Source: Leucoraja erinacea (lineage: Eukaryota). Taken from it: DNA of 64,000 nucleotides. A model generated the notes under the pieces. The model did not search any database and was not told the origin of the DNA. It saw nothing but the letters and a program-made list of their open reading frames with translations. Of this stretch, positions 1 to 11,159 are shown in pieces. The position numbers and the translations under genes are program-made. Within the stretch, counting starts at the first letter, position 1; every line of letters begins with the position of its first letter. The stretch is from assembly GCF_028641065.1 (NCBI RefSeq), contig NC_073392.1, forward strand, positions 29,698,001-29,762,000. The letters run 5' to 3'.

Positions 1-89
1 GACCAGAGAGTTTAATTGCACTATGTACTAGCAATCAAGCAATTAATTTCCTGTAGAAGCAAAGAACTGCAGATGCTGATTAACGGTTC

Positions 90-672
90 AAAGGTTTGTT
101 TATTGTCACATTTACCAATTAAGGTACAGTGACACTCGAATTACCATACAGCCATACTAAAAAAAGTGAAAAAAAACAATCACATAAAAGTTAACATAAA
201 CATTCACCACAGTGGATTCCCCACCTTCCTCACTGTGATTGAAAGTAATAAAGTCTAATCTTCTTCCCTCTTTATTCTCCCGCGGTCGGGGCAGGTGAAC
301 CGTCGCGGCGATCGAAGCTCCTGTGTCCTGGATCTCCCAAAGTCGGTCCCCAACCATAGAACGCGGGCTCCACGAATGTTAAAGTCATTCCGCTCCCGCG
401 GTTGGAGCTCCCAAAATCGATCTCCAGCAAAAGGCCACCAACTCCACGATGTTAGGCCGCAGCGCTGACGGAGATACGACGCAGAAATAAAATTGCATCT
501 CCGTCAAGGTAAGAGATTAAAAAAAAGTTTCCCTCAACCACCCCCACCACCACACACACACATAAAACGCTAAAGAACACTAAAACATGCATTTAATACA
601 TACTATAAAACAACAAAGAAGGGATGAGACGGATTGTTGGTGAGGCAGCCAAAGTGGGCGCCACCCGGTGGA
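90..672 (-). repeat. Interspersed repeat of unassigned family (retroposon-like 3' tail on minus strand)
   Basis: The TTTATTGTCAC...GTACAGTGA end recurs elsewhere in the window (e.g. ~7470, ~8720-8750 in reverse orientation); CpG-rich body. Boundaries approximate. Confidence 0.45.
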
Positions 673-979
673 CACAAAAAGAAACAAAATACTCACATAA
701 CTCTGCAGATCATGCAGCATCTCTAAAGAACTTGAATAGGTTGAACCATGTTTTAGGTTTTTCAGACTGTTTCTTACTTACAGCAGCATAGCAACTCAGT
801 AACACAATACATATAGATAATATATAATAAACAAAATAAATTAGTAACCCCAATATTCATACAAAAAAAAGCCCAAAGTCCTTACTGCAACCAAAGAGAA
901 CTCATAGTTCACAGGTTAGTGCTGTGTTCTGTTGAAGAGCCTGACCGTTGTTGGGAAGAAGCTATTCTTGAACCTGGTG

Positions 980-1634
980 TTTCTTGGTTTCTTGGTCCTC
1001 CAAAATATTCCCAATGGAATTTAAACTGGAGGTGGTGAAGGGAGGGCTTAAGCCAGAAAGGGTTATTGGGAAGAAAGAGCTACTTTAAATTTAGTTGCAT
1101 CTGGTTGGGTAACTATAGTTGGGTGGGGATTATTCCATGCTTTAATTGTGCGGGGGAAGATCAAATTGCTGAATACATCTGTCTTTGTAGCTGGGATCAC
1201 AAATTGGATCGAATGCCCTCTTCTGCTCCTAATTGGTTTGGGCTTGGTGTAGGTCTTGTAGTCTATGTCGAGCTGACCATTTAACATTTTGTAAAAACAG
1301 GTCAAACGGTGAGCTTCACGTTTGTCTTGGAGAGGGTTCCACCCCAGAGAATTCAGAAGTTTGGTGACACTCGCTTCTCTCTCATAGGTGTTAGTAACAA
1401 ATCGAGCTGCCTGTCTTTGGACACATTCGATGGAAGAAATGTTTTTATTTGTGTATGGGTCCCATGCTGCAACTGTGTAGTCCAAATGAGGTCTAACGAG
1501 GGTGAAGTATAGCTTCTCCTTGACAGAAGTTGAACAATGATGAAAGTTGCAGAAACTTCCAGAAAGTTTAGGACACCTGTTGCTTTCACTGTTGCATGAT
1601 GAGTCTGACCATTCCAACGCAGATCATTCTGCAA
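980..1634 (-). mobile_element. 5'-truncated LINE (CR1/L2 group, Daphne/Crack-like), C-terminal part of ORF2 plus 3' tail
   Basis: ORF 1063-1617 has LYFTLVRPHLDY..AWDPY..IECVQRQAARFV..FPRTIKAWN, typical post-RT motifs. Tail is (CCAAGAAA)n; TGGTG flanks both sides (candidate TSD); inserted in an older repeat. Confidence 0.8.
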
Positions 1635-1699
1635 TGGTGGTCATGGCTTTCAGACTTCTATGGTACCTTCCCGATGATAGGAGTGAAATGAGAGTGTGA

Positions 1700-2585
1700 G
1701 CAAAAGAATGGCAGATAGAATTTAGCTAGGGCAGGACTTACACAGTTAATGGGATCTTAGGAAGTTTTGTAGAACAGGGAGACCTTGGGGTACAAGTACA
1801 TAGTTCCTTGAATGTATGGACACTGATAGACAAAAGGTGGAAGAAGGCATTCAGCATGCTTCATTTGTCGGGGCATTTAGTACGAGAGTTTGAAAGTCAT
1901 GTTACAGCTGTATAAGACACTGGTGAGACTATACCTGGAATGATACAGTTGCACAAGACATTGGTGAAGCCACACTTTGAATATTGTAGATAGATAAATG
2001 CTGGAATAACTCAGCAGTTAGGCATCTCTGGAGAAAAAGAATAGGCGATGTTTTGGGCCGGAACCATTCTTCAGTGTTCCGTTTTGGTCACCCTGTTATA
2101 GGAAAAATGATGTCAAGCTGGAAATGGTGCAGAAAGGATTGACAAGAATGTTGCCAGGACGAAGGCCTAATAAGCGATAGGGCGGGGTTGAGCAGGCTAC
2201 GACTTTATTCCTTGGAGTGCAGGTGGATGAGGGTGATATTATAGGATCATGAGAGGAATAGATAGGGTACATGCACACTTTTACCCAGAGTAGGGGAATC
2301 AAGAACCAGATGACATAGGTTTAAGGTGAGGAGGAAAAGGAATAGGAACCTGAGAAGCAATTTTTTTTTTACACAAAGGGTAGTAGGTATATGGAACGAG
2401 CTGACAGAGGAGGTAATTGTGGTTGGTGCTATCACGCCATTTAAAAAACGATTGGACAGGTACATGGAAAAGATAGGTTTAAAGGGATACAGGCCAAACG
2501 CAGGCAGGCATGACTAGTATAGATGGGGTATGTTGGACGGCGTGGAAAATTTGGCCGAAGGGCCTGTTTCCACGCTGTATGGCTC
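1700..2585 (+). mobile_element. Degenerate CR1 (HER1-like) LINE 3' portion, interrupted by a Penelope-like fragment at ~1988-2074
   Basis: Broken CR1 ORF2 motifs (FFTQRVVGIWNEL..FKKRLDRYM) and the 3' end GGCCGAAGGGCCTGTTTCC shared with the SINEs. Confidence 0.8.
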
Positions 2586-2767
2586 AATGTAAGCAAATTC
2601 TCAACCCAGAATAAATGCCATAACGTTTACAGTTGAAGCGAACACATTTAAGGAGAAACTTCCATCCACTTAGCTCTCTGTTTACCTCTCGATTCACGAA
2701 CAATTTGGAAAAACAGAATCAAACTGATTCTGAAGCTCCTGAAGTTGGAACGAACAAATTAAAGGAA

Positions 2768-2892
2768 CTGAAGAAGGGTTTCGGCCCGAAACGTTGCCTA
2801 TTTCCTTCGCTCCATAGATGCTGCTGCACCCGCTGAGTTTCTCCAGCATTTTTGTGTACCTTCGATTTTCCAGCATCTACAGTTCCTTCTTA
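2768..2892 (+). mobile_element. Penelope-like pLTR fragment with minimal hammerhead ribozyme core
   Basis: CTGAAGA-A-GGG tttcgg CCC-GAAAC-GTT at 2768-2795; flanked by the direct repeat AACAAATTAAAGGAAC; same family as the GIY-YIG-bearing copy at 12868-13293. Confidence 0.75.
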
Positions 2893-3059
2893 AACAAATT
2901 AAAGGAACAATTTCGATCCACTTAACTTTCCGTTTTCCTCTCAATTCACGGGCAATGTGGAAAAACAGAATCAAGCTGAATCGTACTGGAACAATACACA
3001 TGTAAGGAACGATTTTGATGCACTGTTTACCTCTCAATCGATGGACAATTTGAAAGGCG

Positions 3060-3537
3060 GAATGAAATGTGATCGCGCTCCCGGTTTCCAGGTAACGCTA
3101 CTTTGTCCTTTCCCCGATACCGTCGGTGGGGCGCCGCGGACTACACATATACTTTCTAATCCGTGCCCGCAGATACGCCAGAACTGACGGCGATTTGCAT
3201 CGCAAGGAGACCAGCACAGAGAAAATCGGGCATCTATTAATATAGTTTGTTTAAAATAAAGTCGAAACAATGGGGTTGCGGATAGAATTGGGCGAGGGGG
3301 GCGCAAGGGGGGTGGTTGGGGGAGGTCCGTGGCGAAAGTGTGGCGGACTGGCGCTGTCTTCGGCGGGGGGAGAGGCGATGAGACGGCGCGTCGCTGCGGC
3401 TGTCACTGAGGTCGGGCGGACTCGCTGGGGAGCAGCACTACGCGGCGGGGGCAATTAATTAAAAAAAGTAAAGATCGAGGGGAGAGGAGGAAAGGGGACA
3501 CCTCCGGCCCGCGAGTGATGCTGCGCCTGGAGCGGGG
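3060..3537 (+). promoter_or_regulatory. CpG-island promoter / 5' UTR of TCTA
   Basis: CpG-dense region directly upstream of the ATG; GGACTACA (ZNF143-associated motif) at ~3138 and octamer ATTTGCAT at 3193-3200. Confidence 0.65.
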
Positions 3538-3748
3538 ATGGAGTTGCCGTGGGATCTCGGGCTTCTCTCGGGCCTGCTGGAGAGCGTGGTGTCTTTCTGC
3601 AGCGAGTTCGCCCACGACTGGGGCGCCAACGACATGAGAGTCACAATCTTCAAACTCCTGCTCGGTTGGTTGGTCTGCAGCTTGGTGGCCATTCACATGG
3701 CATGGAAGTATTACGGGGCGACCGTCAACGACATGTACTACAGGCAAG
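3538..3748 (+). CDS. TCTA: T-cell leukemia translocation-altered gene protein, coding exon 1
   Basis: MELPWD...[49 protein letters not shown] matches TCTA (human [29 protein letters not shown] as recalled); GT donor at 3749. Confidence 0.95.
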
Positions 3749-4084
3749 GTTTGTGGTGGGAGGGGTGTAGGGGGTAGGGGGGGGTGGATAGGACTGGGGT
3801 GTTGGGGAGTGGGTGGGGGAGTGAGTGGAGGATAGGCGAGTGAGGGTAAGAGTGGGGGAATGGGGTAGGAGCATGGGTGGGGATGGGATGTGAGTGGGGA
3901 ATGATGGGGGGGGGGGGGGGGGAGAGGAGGTGGGTCGGGTTTGGGTGGGGGTAGGTGCAGGTGGAGGAGTAGATGGGATTGAGGTGGGTGGGCAAGGAAT
4001 TTTGCGTTCTAATTTTACCCTGTCGTGTATTTGTAGCATTGAACTCAAGCCACTGTAATTAAAGAGGTGACACAAGATACTTAA

Positions 4085-4206
4085 GTGCTGGAGGAACTCA
4101 GCGGGTCAGGCATGTCTGTGGGGGATTGAAGAAGGATTCCGTCCCAAAATATCGCCTGTTCAATTGCTCTATAGATGCTGCCTGACCTGCTGGGTTACTC
4201 CAGCAC
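4085..4206. mobile_element. Inverted pair of Penelope-like pLTR fragments (fold-back)
   Basis: GTGCTGGAGGAACTCAGCGGGTCAGGCA ... TGCCTGACCTGCTGGGTTACTCCAGCAC around a degenerate hammerhead core. Confidence 0.6.
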
Positions 4207-5985
4207 CTTTTACTCACTGTAGTTAAAATCGGGTATTGCTAATCCTGAACAGGTGACCTGAAACGTTGGTGTCAACTTACTTAAATACTCATGTATATGA
4301 TGTTATTCTATTTTTGTAGCAATTAGTCATCTAATTTTCAGTTATTTTAACCCTGGTTCTACCTTCCCTCCCATCCCCTTTCCCAGACATATGTGGGCAA
4401 ATTGATGAATTACAAATAGTAGGTAATCTTGTGGGGCAGAAAGAATTTTCGATGTAAATCAGGAATGTCAACATCAGTGGTTAATCCTAAAGTTTCTGCC
4501 CTACGGTGTTATTGTCCATGCCTGAAACCAAAAGATCAGCACAGGTTAAGGTTCAAACAGTATGTGTTACTTATGAGTGTTTCCATTGCTTTGTTCTATG
4601 GAGTATCACATCTATGGTGGTGATCAGCTGTCATTGAAGAACTATTTTTCCCTTTTGGTTGAACTTCATTATTTGGGAATGATCAAGATATTTGCTGCCA
4701 AGGGTCTGTTGGGAAAGTTGGTTACACATGAGGAAATTATTGGACTCTGTTCTTGACTCCTGTTAAACATTTGTTTTTGATGATTGGGATCTGAGGCAGA
4801 CATGGGCATTTTACCATGTATGTGGTGCATTCACATTGGGCTAATTCTTTTTAAAGTATAAAGCAATGCAATTATGGTCACGTCTTTTAACGTGTTCTAC
4901 AATGCTTAACACTCAAACAAATTGTTTTTCAAGAAGTTATTTCACAGACAAAAAAAGCAGCCATTTTAAACAAAACATTTGTCACATAATTAAGAAGGAA
5001 TGACTAAATGATTGTTTTTAGTATTAACTGACATTGTCTTTGAGCATTTCAAACTGTTTTGCAAAAAAAAAATCCCACTAAGAACTCAACCAGTTTAACT
5101 ATGAAACATAGTGCAGTCTTGTTATATCATTTTGCTTTTGGTTAAGTCAGAGTTGACAATTACTTCCATCTAGTTGTGATGTGACTGATGAGGCCAAAGT
5201 GAGAACCACAACCTCTGCCACTGATGGGTCTGAAAGTGCCTGAATGGAGGGACTGCATTGCTTGTGAGATGGTGCACTCCTTTCAGCATTTTTGCTGGGC
5301 TTCCGTGTGCTCCCAATTAGTGAATTCTGTGTTCTCTGTGCCGCTTGGATGCCCTTTGAGCAGTCATGTGCGAGGAATTGTTAGGAATCAGTTGGGAAGT
5401 TAATTCCTTTTCCCTCAAGGAAGCTTTGAATTTTTCTTCCTTTATTCTAAGCTTGGCCTCAATGTTCAATGTGTTATAGTATAGTATATCTTTATTGTCA
5501 TTTTCCTGAGTACTCGCATACCCAGAAAAGAGGATCTCTATGATGTTCATTAAGAGTGGATTTGGAGGATTGTTTGGAGAAATATTGATGGCATCTTTTC
5601 TAGTACGTTAAGGTGTCTCTGTAAGTTTCAGAAGCATACATAAGGATAGTAATACTTGCTATATGGTTTTGAGTTGGATTTGAGGTCTTGATCTTCACTT
5701 GTCCTTTTCCTGTCACCCAAATACTTTGCTGTTAAACTGAAGCTACTGGGGAATTTCAACATTGATATCTGCTTTCGTTGAGAAATGGCACCCAAAATAC
5801 GGTGGTTCACGTTTCCGAGGGTCCTTGAACATGTATTTTCAAGGTACGGTGTATTGTATGGTGGGTGGGTGCAGAGATGGTTCAGGAGGGTGGGGACAGG
5901 AAGTGTGGGTGTGGGGGAGGTACAAAAATGCTGTAAGGTGTTTATTATCAAGGTAGGAGAATCTCTATGGTGGCACAGTGGCATA

Positions 5986-7331
5986 CAGTGCATTCAGAAA
6001 ATATTCACACCCCTTCACTTTTTCCACATTTTGTTACGTTCCAGCCTTATTTTTAAATGGATTAAATTCATTTGTTTAATCATCAATCTAGACACAATAC
6101 CCCAGAATGAAGAAGCAAAAACAAGCGTTTAAAAACTTTTGCGAAGTAATTAAAAATAAATAACTGAAATATTACATTTACATCAGACCCTTTGCTACGA
6201 CACTCAAAATTGAGCTGAGACCTCCGAGACAATTGTGTCGAGACACAGATCTGGGGAAGGGTATAAAACAATTTCTGCAGCATTGCAAGTCCAGAAGAAC
6301 ACAGTGGCCTCCGTCATTCTTAAATGGATGAACTTTGGAACCACCAGGACTCTTCATAGAGCTGGCCGCCCGGCCATAGTGAGCAATCGGGTGAGAATTT
6401 CTCAGGGAGGTGACCAAGAACCCGATGCTCACTCTGACAGAGCTCCAGAGTTCCTCTGTGGAGATGGGCGAACCTTCCAGAAGGACAACTATATCTGCAG
6501 CACTCCACCAATCAGGCCTTTATGGTAGAGTAGAGCCACTACTCAGTAAAAGGCCCACAACAGCCCGTTTGGTGTTTGCCAAAAGCACATAAAGCACTCT
6601 CAGAACATGAGAAACAAGATTCTCTGGTCTGATGAAACCAAGATTGAACTCTTTGGCCCGAATGCCAAGCATCACGTCTGGAGGAAACCAGGCGCCGCTC
6701 ATCACCTGGCCAATATCATACCTACGGTGAAGCATGGTGGTGGAAGCATCATTGTGTGGGGATGTTTTTTAGTGGCAGGAACTGGGAGACTAGTCAGGAT
6801 CGAGAGAAAGATGTACGGAGCAAAGTACAGAGAAATCCTTGATGAAAACCTGCTCCAGAGCATTCTGGAGGTTCACCTTCCAACAGGACAACAACCATAA
6901 GCACATAGCCAAGACAATGCAGGAGTGGCTTTGTGACAAGTCTGTGAATGTCTGAGTGGCCCAGCCAGAGCCCGGAATTGAACCCTGTTGAACATCTCTG
7001 GAGGGACCCGAAAATAGCTGCATTGACGCTCCCCATCCAACCTGGCAGAGCTTGAGAGGATCTGCAGAGAAGAATGGGAGAAATTACCCAAATACAGGTG
7101 TGCCAAGCTTGTAGCGTCATACCCAAGAAGAAGAGGCAGTAATCACCGCCAAAGTTATTCAGTTATTTATTTTTAATTACTTTGCAAAAATTTCTAAACA
7201 CCTGTTTTTGCTTTTTTATTATGGGGTATTGTGTGTAGATTGATAGTTTAAAAAAAAAATGAATTTAATCCATTTTAGAATAACAAAATGTGGAAAAAGT
7301 GAAGGGGTCTGAATACTTACTGAATGCACTG
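5986..7331 (+). mobile_element. Tc1 DNA transposon, internally deleted and defective, inserted into a tRNA-derived SINE
   Basis: TA-CAGTGCATTCAG...CTGAATGCACTG-TA termini with long TIRs; transposase remnants ([28 protein letters not shown]) with stops and frameshifts; the flanks rejoin into a SINE 5' end. Confidence 0.92.
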
Positions 7332-8419
7332 TAGCTGTTAGAGCTGCTGCCTTGAAGTACCTGAGACCCAGGTTTGAACCTGACCTTGGGTGCTATCTAT
7401 GTGGAATTGACACGCTCTCCTTGTGGGTTACTTGGCCTAAAAATTCCTCCTAATGTGTTGGAGTAGTTTTGTTTATTGTCATGTGTATTGAGGTACAATG
7501 AAAAACTTTTTGTTGCGTGCTAACCAGTCAGGAGAAAGATTATTACAATCAAGCCGTTCACTGTGTACAGATACATGATTAAGGCTGCTGTTGGAGTAGA
7601 TGTTTTCAAAAAAAAAGTGGAGCAATTGTAATAGGTGATTGCAGATCCACTTCTGGGACCAGCAGGCAGAGTCTCCTGGCTTGGGCACCATAGTGAATTT
7701 AGAATAACATAGAACTAGCGTGAACAGATCAATCAACACTTGTGTTTCCATGCTGTATTTCTACTCATAAACAAAACATTGATTTTCTTCATTACAAATG
7801 ATATGATCATTTAGATACAGGTCATTTCACACCCTGCTCTCCCTTCTTGTCTGACTGATTTGCTATCTATTTATTTCAACTACTACTTTTCTCATTTCCT
7901 CCTCCCATTCTGTTTCTCTCCTATGCAAATTCCATTTGAGATTTTTATCCCTCTATCAAGCTAGTTTAAAACCCTCCTCAATAGCATTAGCAACAGCTCC
8001 TCTGCAAAGGTATCGAGTCTAGCTCTACTGAGGAGTAACATGTCCAATTTGTACAGCTGCCACCCGCCTCAAGGGGTTCCTTGCTACAAATTTATGGAAA
8101 TGTAGCTGAATGGCGATCATGGTTAGAAATGAAATATTCCAGGATATTGAAGAATGATAATAACGAAAAGGAAGGTTAGCACGCTTATTAAGGGAATAGG
8201 TCAGTACAGTGTGAGAAATGATCTTTGCCTGAGCGATCATGATGTTGACTTAAAATTAATTTGGGCCAAACTTGGAAATGGCGAAGGCTGGAAAATATTG
8301 CTGGGAATTATTTATAAGCCACCAAATTGCATGCAAGATTAGCATAAATAAGAAAATGTTGGTGTGTGTGTGTGTAATAAGATTAATGCCGTAATTATGG
8401 GACTGCGAACTCAGCATCT

Positions 8420-8765
8420 AAGGGACCCGCGTCACGAGAACGAGTGGGACTGTTTGAGAGCTACCGAGCGGGAGGCGCCGAGAATGATGGGGGGGGACTC
8501 GGCGAGGGTGGCCGCTGAGAACAATGGGGGACCCGGCGGGGTTTACTCTCAAGAACATTGGTGGGGGAGGGGGGCTGCTGCCACGTGCAGTAGGAGGCAG
8601 TAGATGGAACTGTTTGGTGAACTTATGCAACTTTGTCGGCGGCAAATCGTAGTGACGCGTGTACTGCCTAGATGAGGTCTGCTCTATGATTTTATTTGAT
8701 TGTATGCAAAACAAAGCATTTCACTGTACATAGTTACACGTGACAATAAAGTATCATTGAATCAA
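8420..8765 (+). repeat. Interspersed retroposon-like repeat
   Basis: GC-rich body ending in CATTTCACTGTAC...GTGACAATAAA, a tail seen repeatedly in the window. Confidence 0.5.
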
Positions 8766-9832
8766 GTATTACTCAAGCGGTAGTACAAAAAAAATGTCCA
8801 TATTGAAGAAAGAAAGATATAAATACCTTGGAAATAATATGATTTCAGCAATGCCATCACATTCCAAAGTGGTTATTTCAGTTGAGCAATAATTATAGTA
8901 TTTATTTCCTAAGCTCTTCCAGTTGCCCTATTTGTATTTTCCTGTACACGAGCTCATCCAAAAGAATATAAGAAATGGGAAGAAGAGTACACCATTTAGC
9001 CCCTTGAACCTGCTCCATTCATGGATTATCTTCTATATCACTGAACCATCATGATATCCTTATGGTATAAATCCTTTAATATTAATTTTGAGAGTAGTCA
9101 ATGATAGTGTTCTAGGCAAAAAACCCAAAGTTTTGCGTCTTCTGAGTGAAGAAATTTCGTATTTCAATCCTAGATGGCCTTCTTATTTTGAGACTGATTC
9201 TGTGCAAGACTCCTTTAGCCAGGGCAAATATTCCCCCAAATCTACCCTGTACAGCTTTCAGAGAATTGCGCATGTGTCAATTAGCTTGTACATTTCACCT
9301 TTCAAACTTGCTAGAATGTAGGATAAAGGCAGTAAGGTCCAAGTCGTCCATTATCCTCTGCTACCCACCTTAACTCCAGGTCCAGAAATTGTTTGGTTTT
9401 AGTACTTTTTGTCTTTCATTCCCCTGATGGTTATGTAACCGACAGTCTTAATCTCTGCTCACCATCAATTCAGGCTTGTGCTTCTCCAACATTTTTCTTG
9501 GTGGCTTTTTTTGTTTTTCAGTCACTTAACTAAAATTACCCCTAAACCTCTATTCAGTTAACTACATTCCTGTGATGTGTAATGGGATGTATTTACTTTA
9601 ATTAATATAAATTCAAGTTATGCTTTTACTGTAGTAGGTTACTGAGTAACTGGAGCCTGATAACTTAATTTTATCATTTTACCTGCTTGGATTCTAATGC
9701 CAAGCATTGTACACCACAGTTCTTTTCTGGCTGAAATCAAATAATTCAGGTGACTTGTTTGGTCTTTTTACAAAAGATGAAATGTGCAGATTGGCAGTAA
9801 AATCAAGCATTACCCCCTCTGTTTATTGTAGA

Positions 9833-10133
9833 AAGCATAGTGGACAACTGGTAGAGCCGCAGCCTCACAACACCAGCGATCTGGGGACGATTCTGACCTC
9901 TGGTGCTGTCTGTGTGGAGTTTGCATTTACTCCCGGTGACTGTGTTTTGTCCGGGTGCTCCAGTTTCCACCCACATCACTAAGATGTGCAGGTGTGTAGG
10001 TTAATTGGCCTCTGTAAATTGCCCCGAGTGTGTAGAGAGTTGTTGAGAAAGTGGAAAAACATAAAATTGATATGAGCGGGTTATCGAAGGTCGGCGTTCA
10101 CTCGTTAAGCTGAAGGGCTGTTTCCATGCTGTA
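9833..10133 (+). mobile_element. tRNA-derived SINE (HE1/V-SINE type)
   Basis: tRNA-like head, core GCTGTCTGTGTGGAGTTTGCA..CCGGGTGCTCCAGTTTCC, CR1-like tail GAAGGGCTGTTTCCATGCTGTAT. A second element with an (AATAG)n tail interrupts its 3' end. Confidence 0.8.
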
Positions 10134-11159
10134 TAGAATAGAATAGAATAGAATAGTTTCTTTATTGTCATTGTAACATGAACCATGTACAACAAAATTT
10201 AAAAATGTCAGCCAGTCAGTGCACCATTCAAACATTTCTAAAAGCTAACGATACATACAAGATAAAATATTAAAAGATAAACAACTAAAATAAATATCAT
10301 GAAAATAGATATTCCAAGTATCTCTAAGCTAAACTAATTACTATATAAGAGGTGGAGTGGATGAAAGTAATTTTGAAACTAACCTGTTACACAGCTGTGA
10401 TTGAAACTCTTTGCAGTGATTAAGTGACAAATACGTCCTGCTGCTGTGGTCTTTGGCAACAAAACACCTTTATTATGAGATCAGGTATTTTGTACTATCT
10501 GTTACTGCAGGTGTCATGGATTTCTGGATTTGCTCTGCCTTTTAGTGTTCAGGTGGGTTTTAGCAACTGGTAAAGCTGAGGAAAATGTGCTTCAATTCTC
10601 TACTACCTTGAACTAGTTTTTTCAGATGAAATCATGAGAAACCTGGTCATTGATTAATAGTAAACATTATTGGAGCAAGTTACTACAGATTCTGGAATTT
10701 CCTGATACATTTTGCCATCTTCCTGCATCACAAGGTTGCACCTCTCCTCCGGTGAAGGTCTTTTAGAGGTAGAGATAAACATCACATCTGATAGAAAATT
10801 GTTCAACCTGCAGCAGTTACACTCCAGATTCAAGGTCACAGTAACTTGCATAGTTGAGCTGCACCTTGGTCTGCTCTATATCACAGTCAGTTCCTCTGTT
10901 TTCTCTCCACCTCCTTCTGTGAAACTTAAAATCATTTATCTTCACACTTACTAATTCTGTTAAAGAATCCTTGCCTAATACATACTATTAGGATTTTAGT
11001 TGGAATAAAATAAAATGTCTAGGCTTTACAAGGTACAAGCATGGATGGTCAAACCGGCATTCTTCCCACAGTCCACGTCAACGAAGAAACAGTAATACAA
11101 TTCACCTCAATGGTCTTTGTGCACAGACAGATATTACTGATTACTTGAAGATCATTGTA

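Noticed and set aside
3138-3200. ACTACA plus octamer resembling an snRNA distal sequence element
   Set aside because: No PSE or recognisable snRNA nearby; treated as part of the TCTA promoter.
3725-4075. Pro/Thr-rich ORFs on the minus strand (also 23817-24190 and 42435-42955)
   Set aside because: Translations of G/C-rich low-complexity intron, Helitron or promoter sequence; no domain or splice support.
5172-5213. CTGATGAGGCC inside an AGTTGTG/CACAACT stem, resembling a hammerhead
   Set aside because: No closing stem II and no GAAA core segment.
9833-9900. tRNA-like heads (also ~22063, ~35700, ~39440, ~58330)
   Set aside because: They continue into SINE core and LINE-like tails and lack a full cloverleaf, so they are SINEs rather than tRNA genes.
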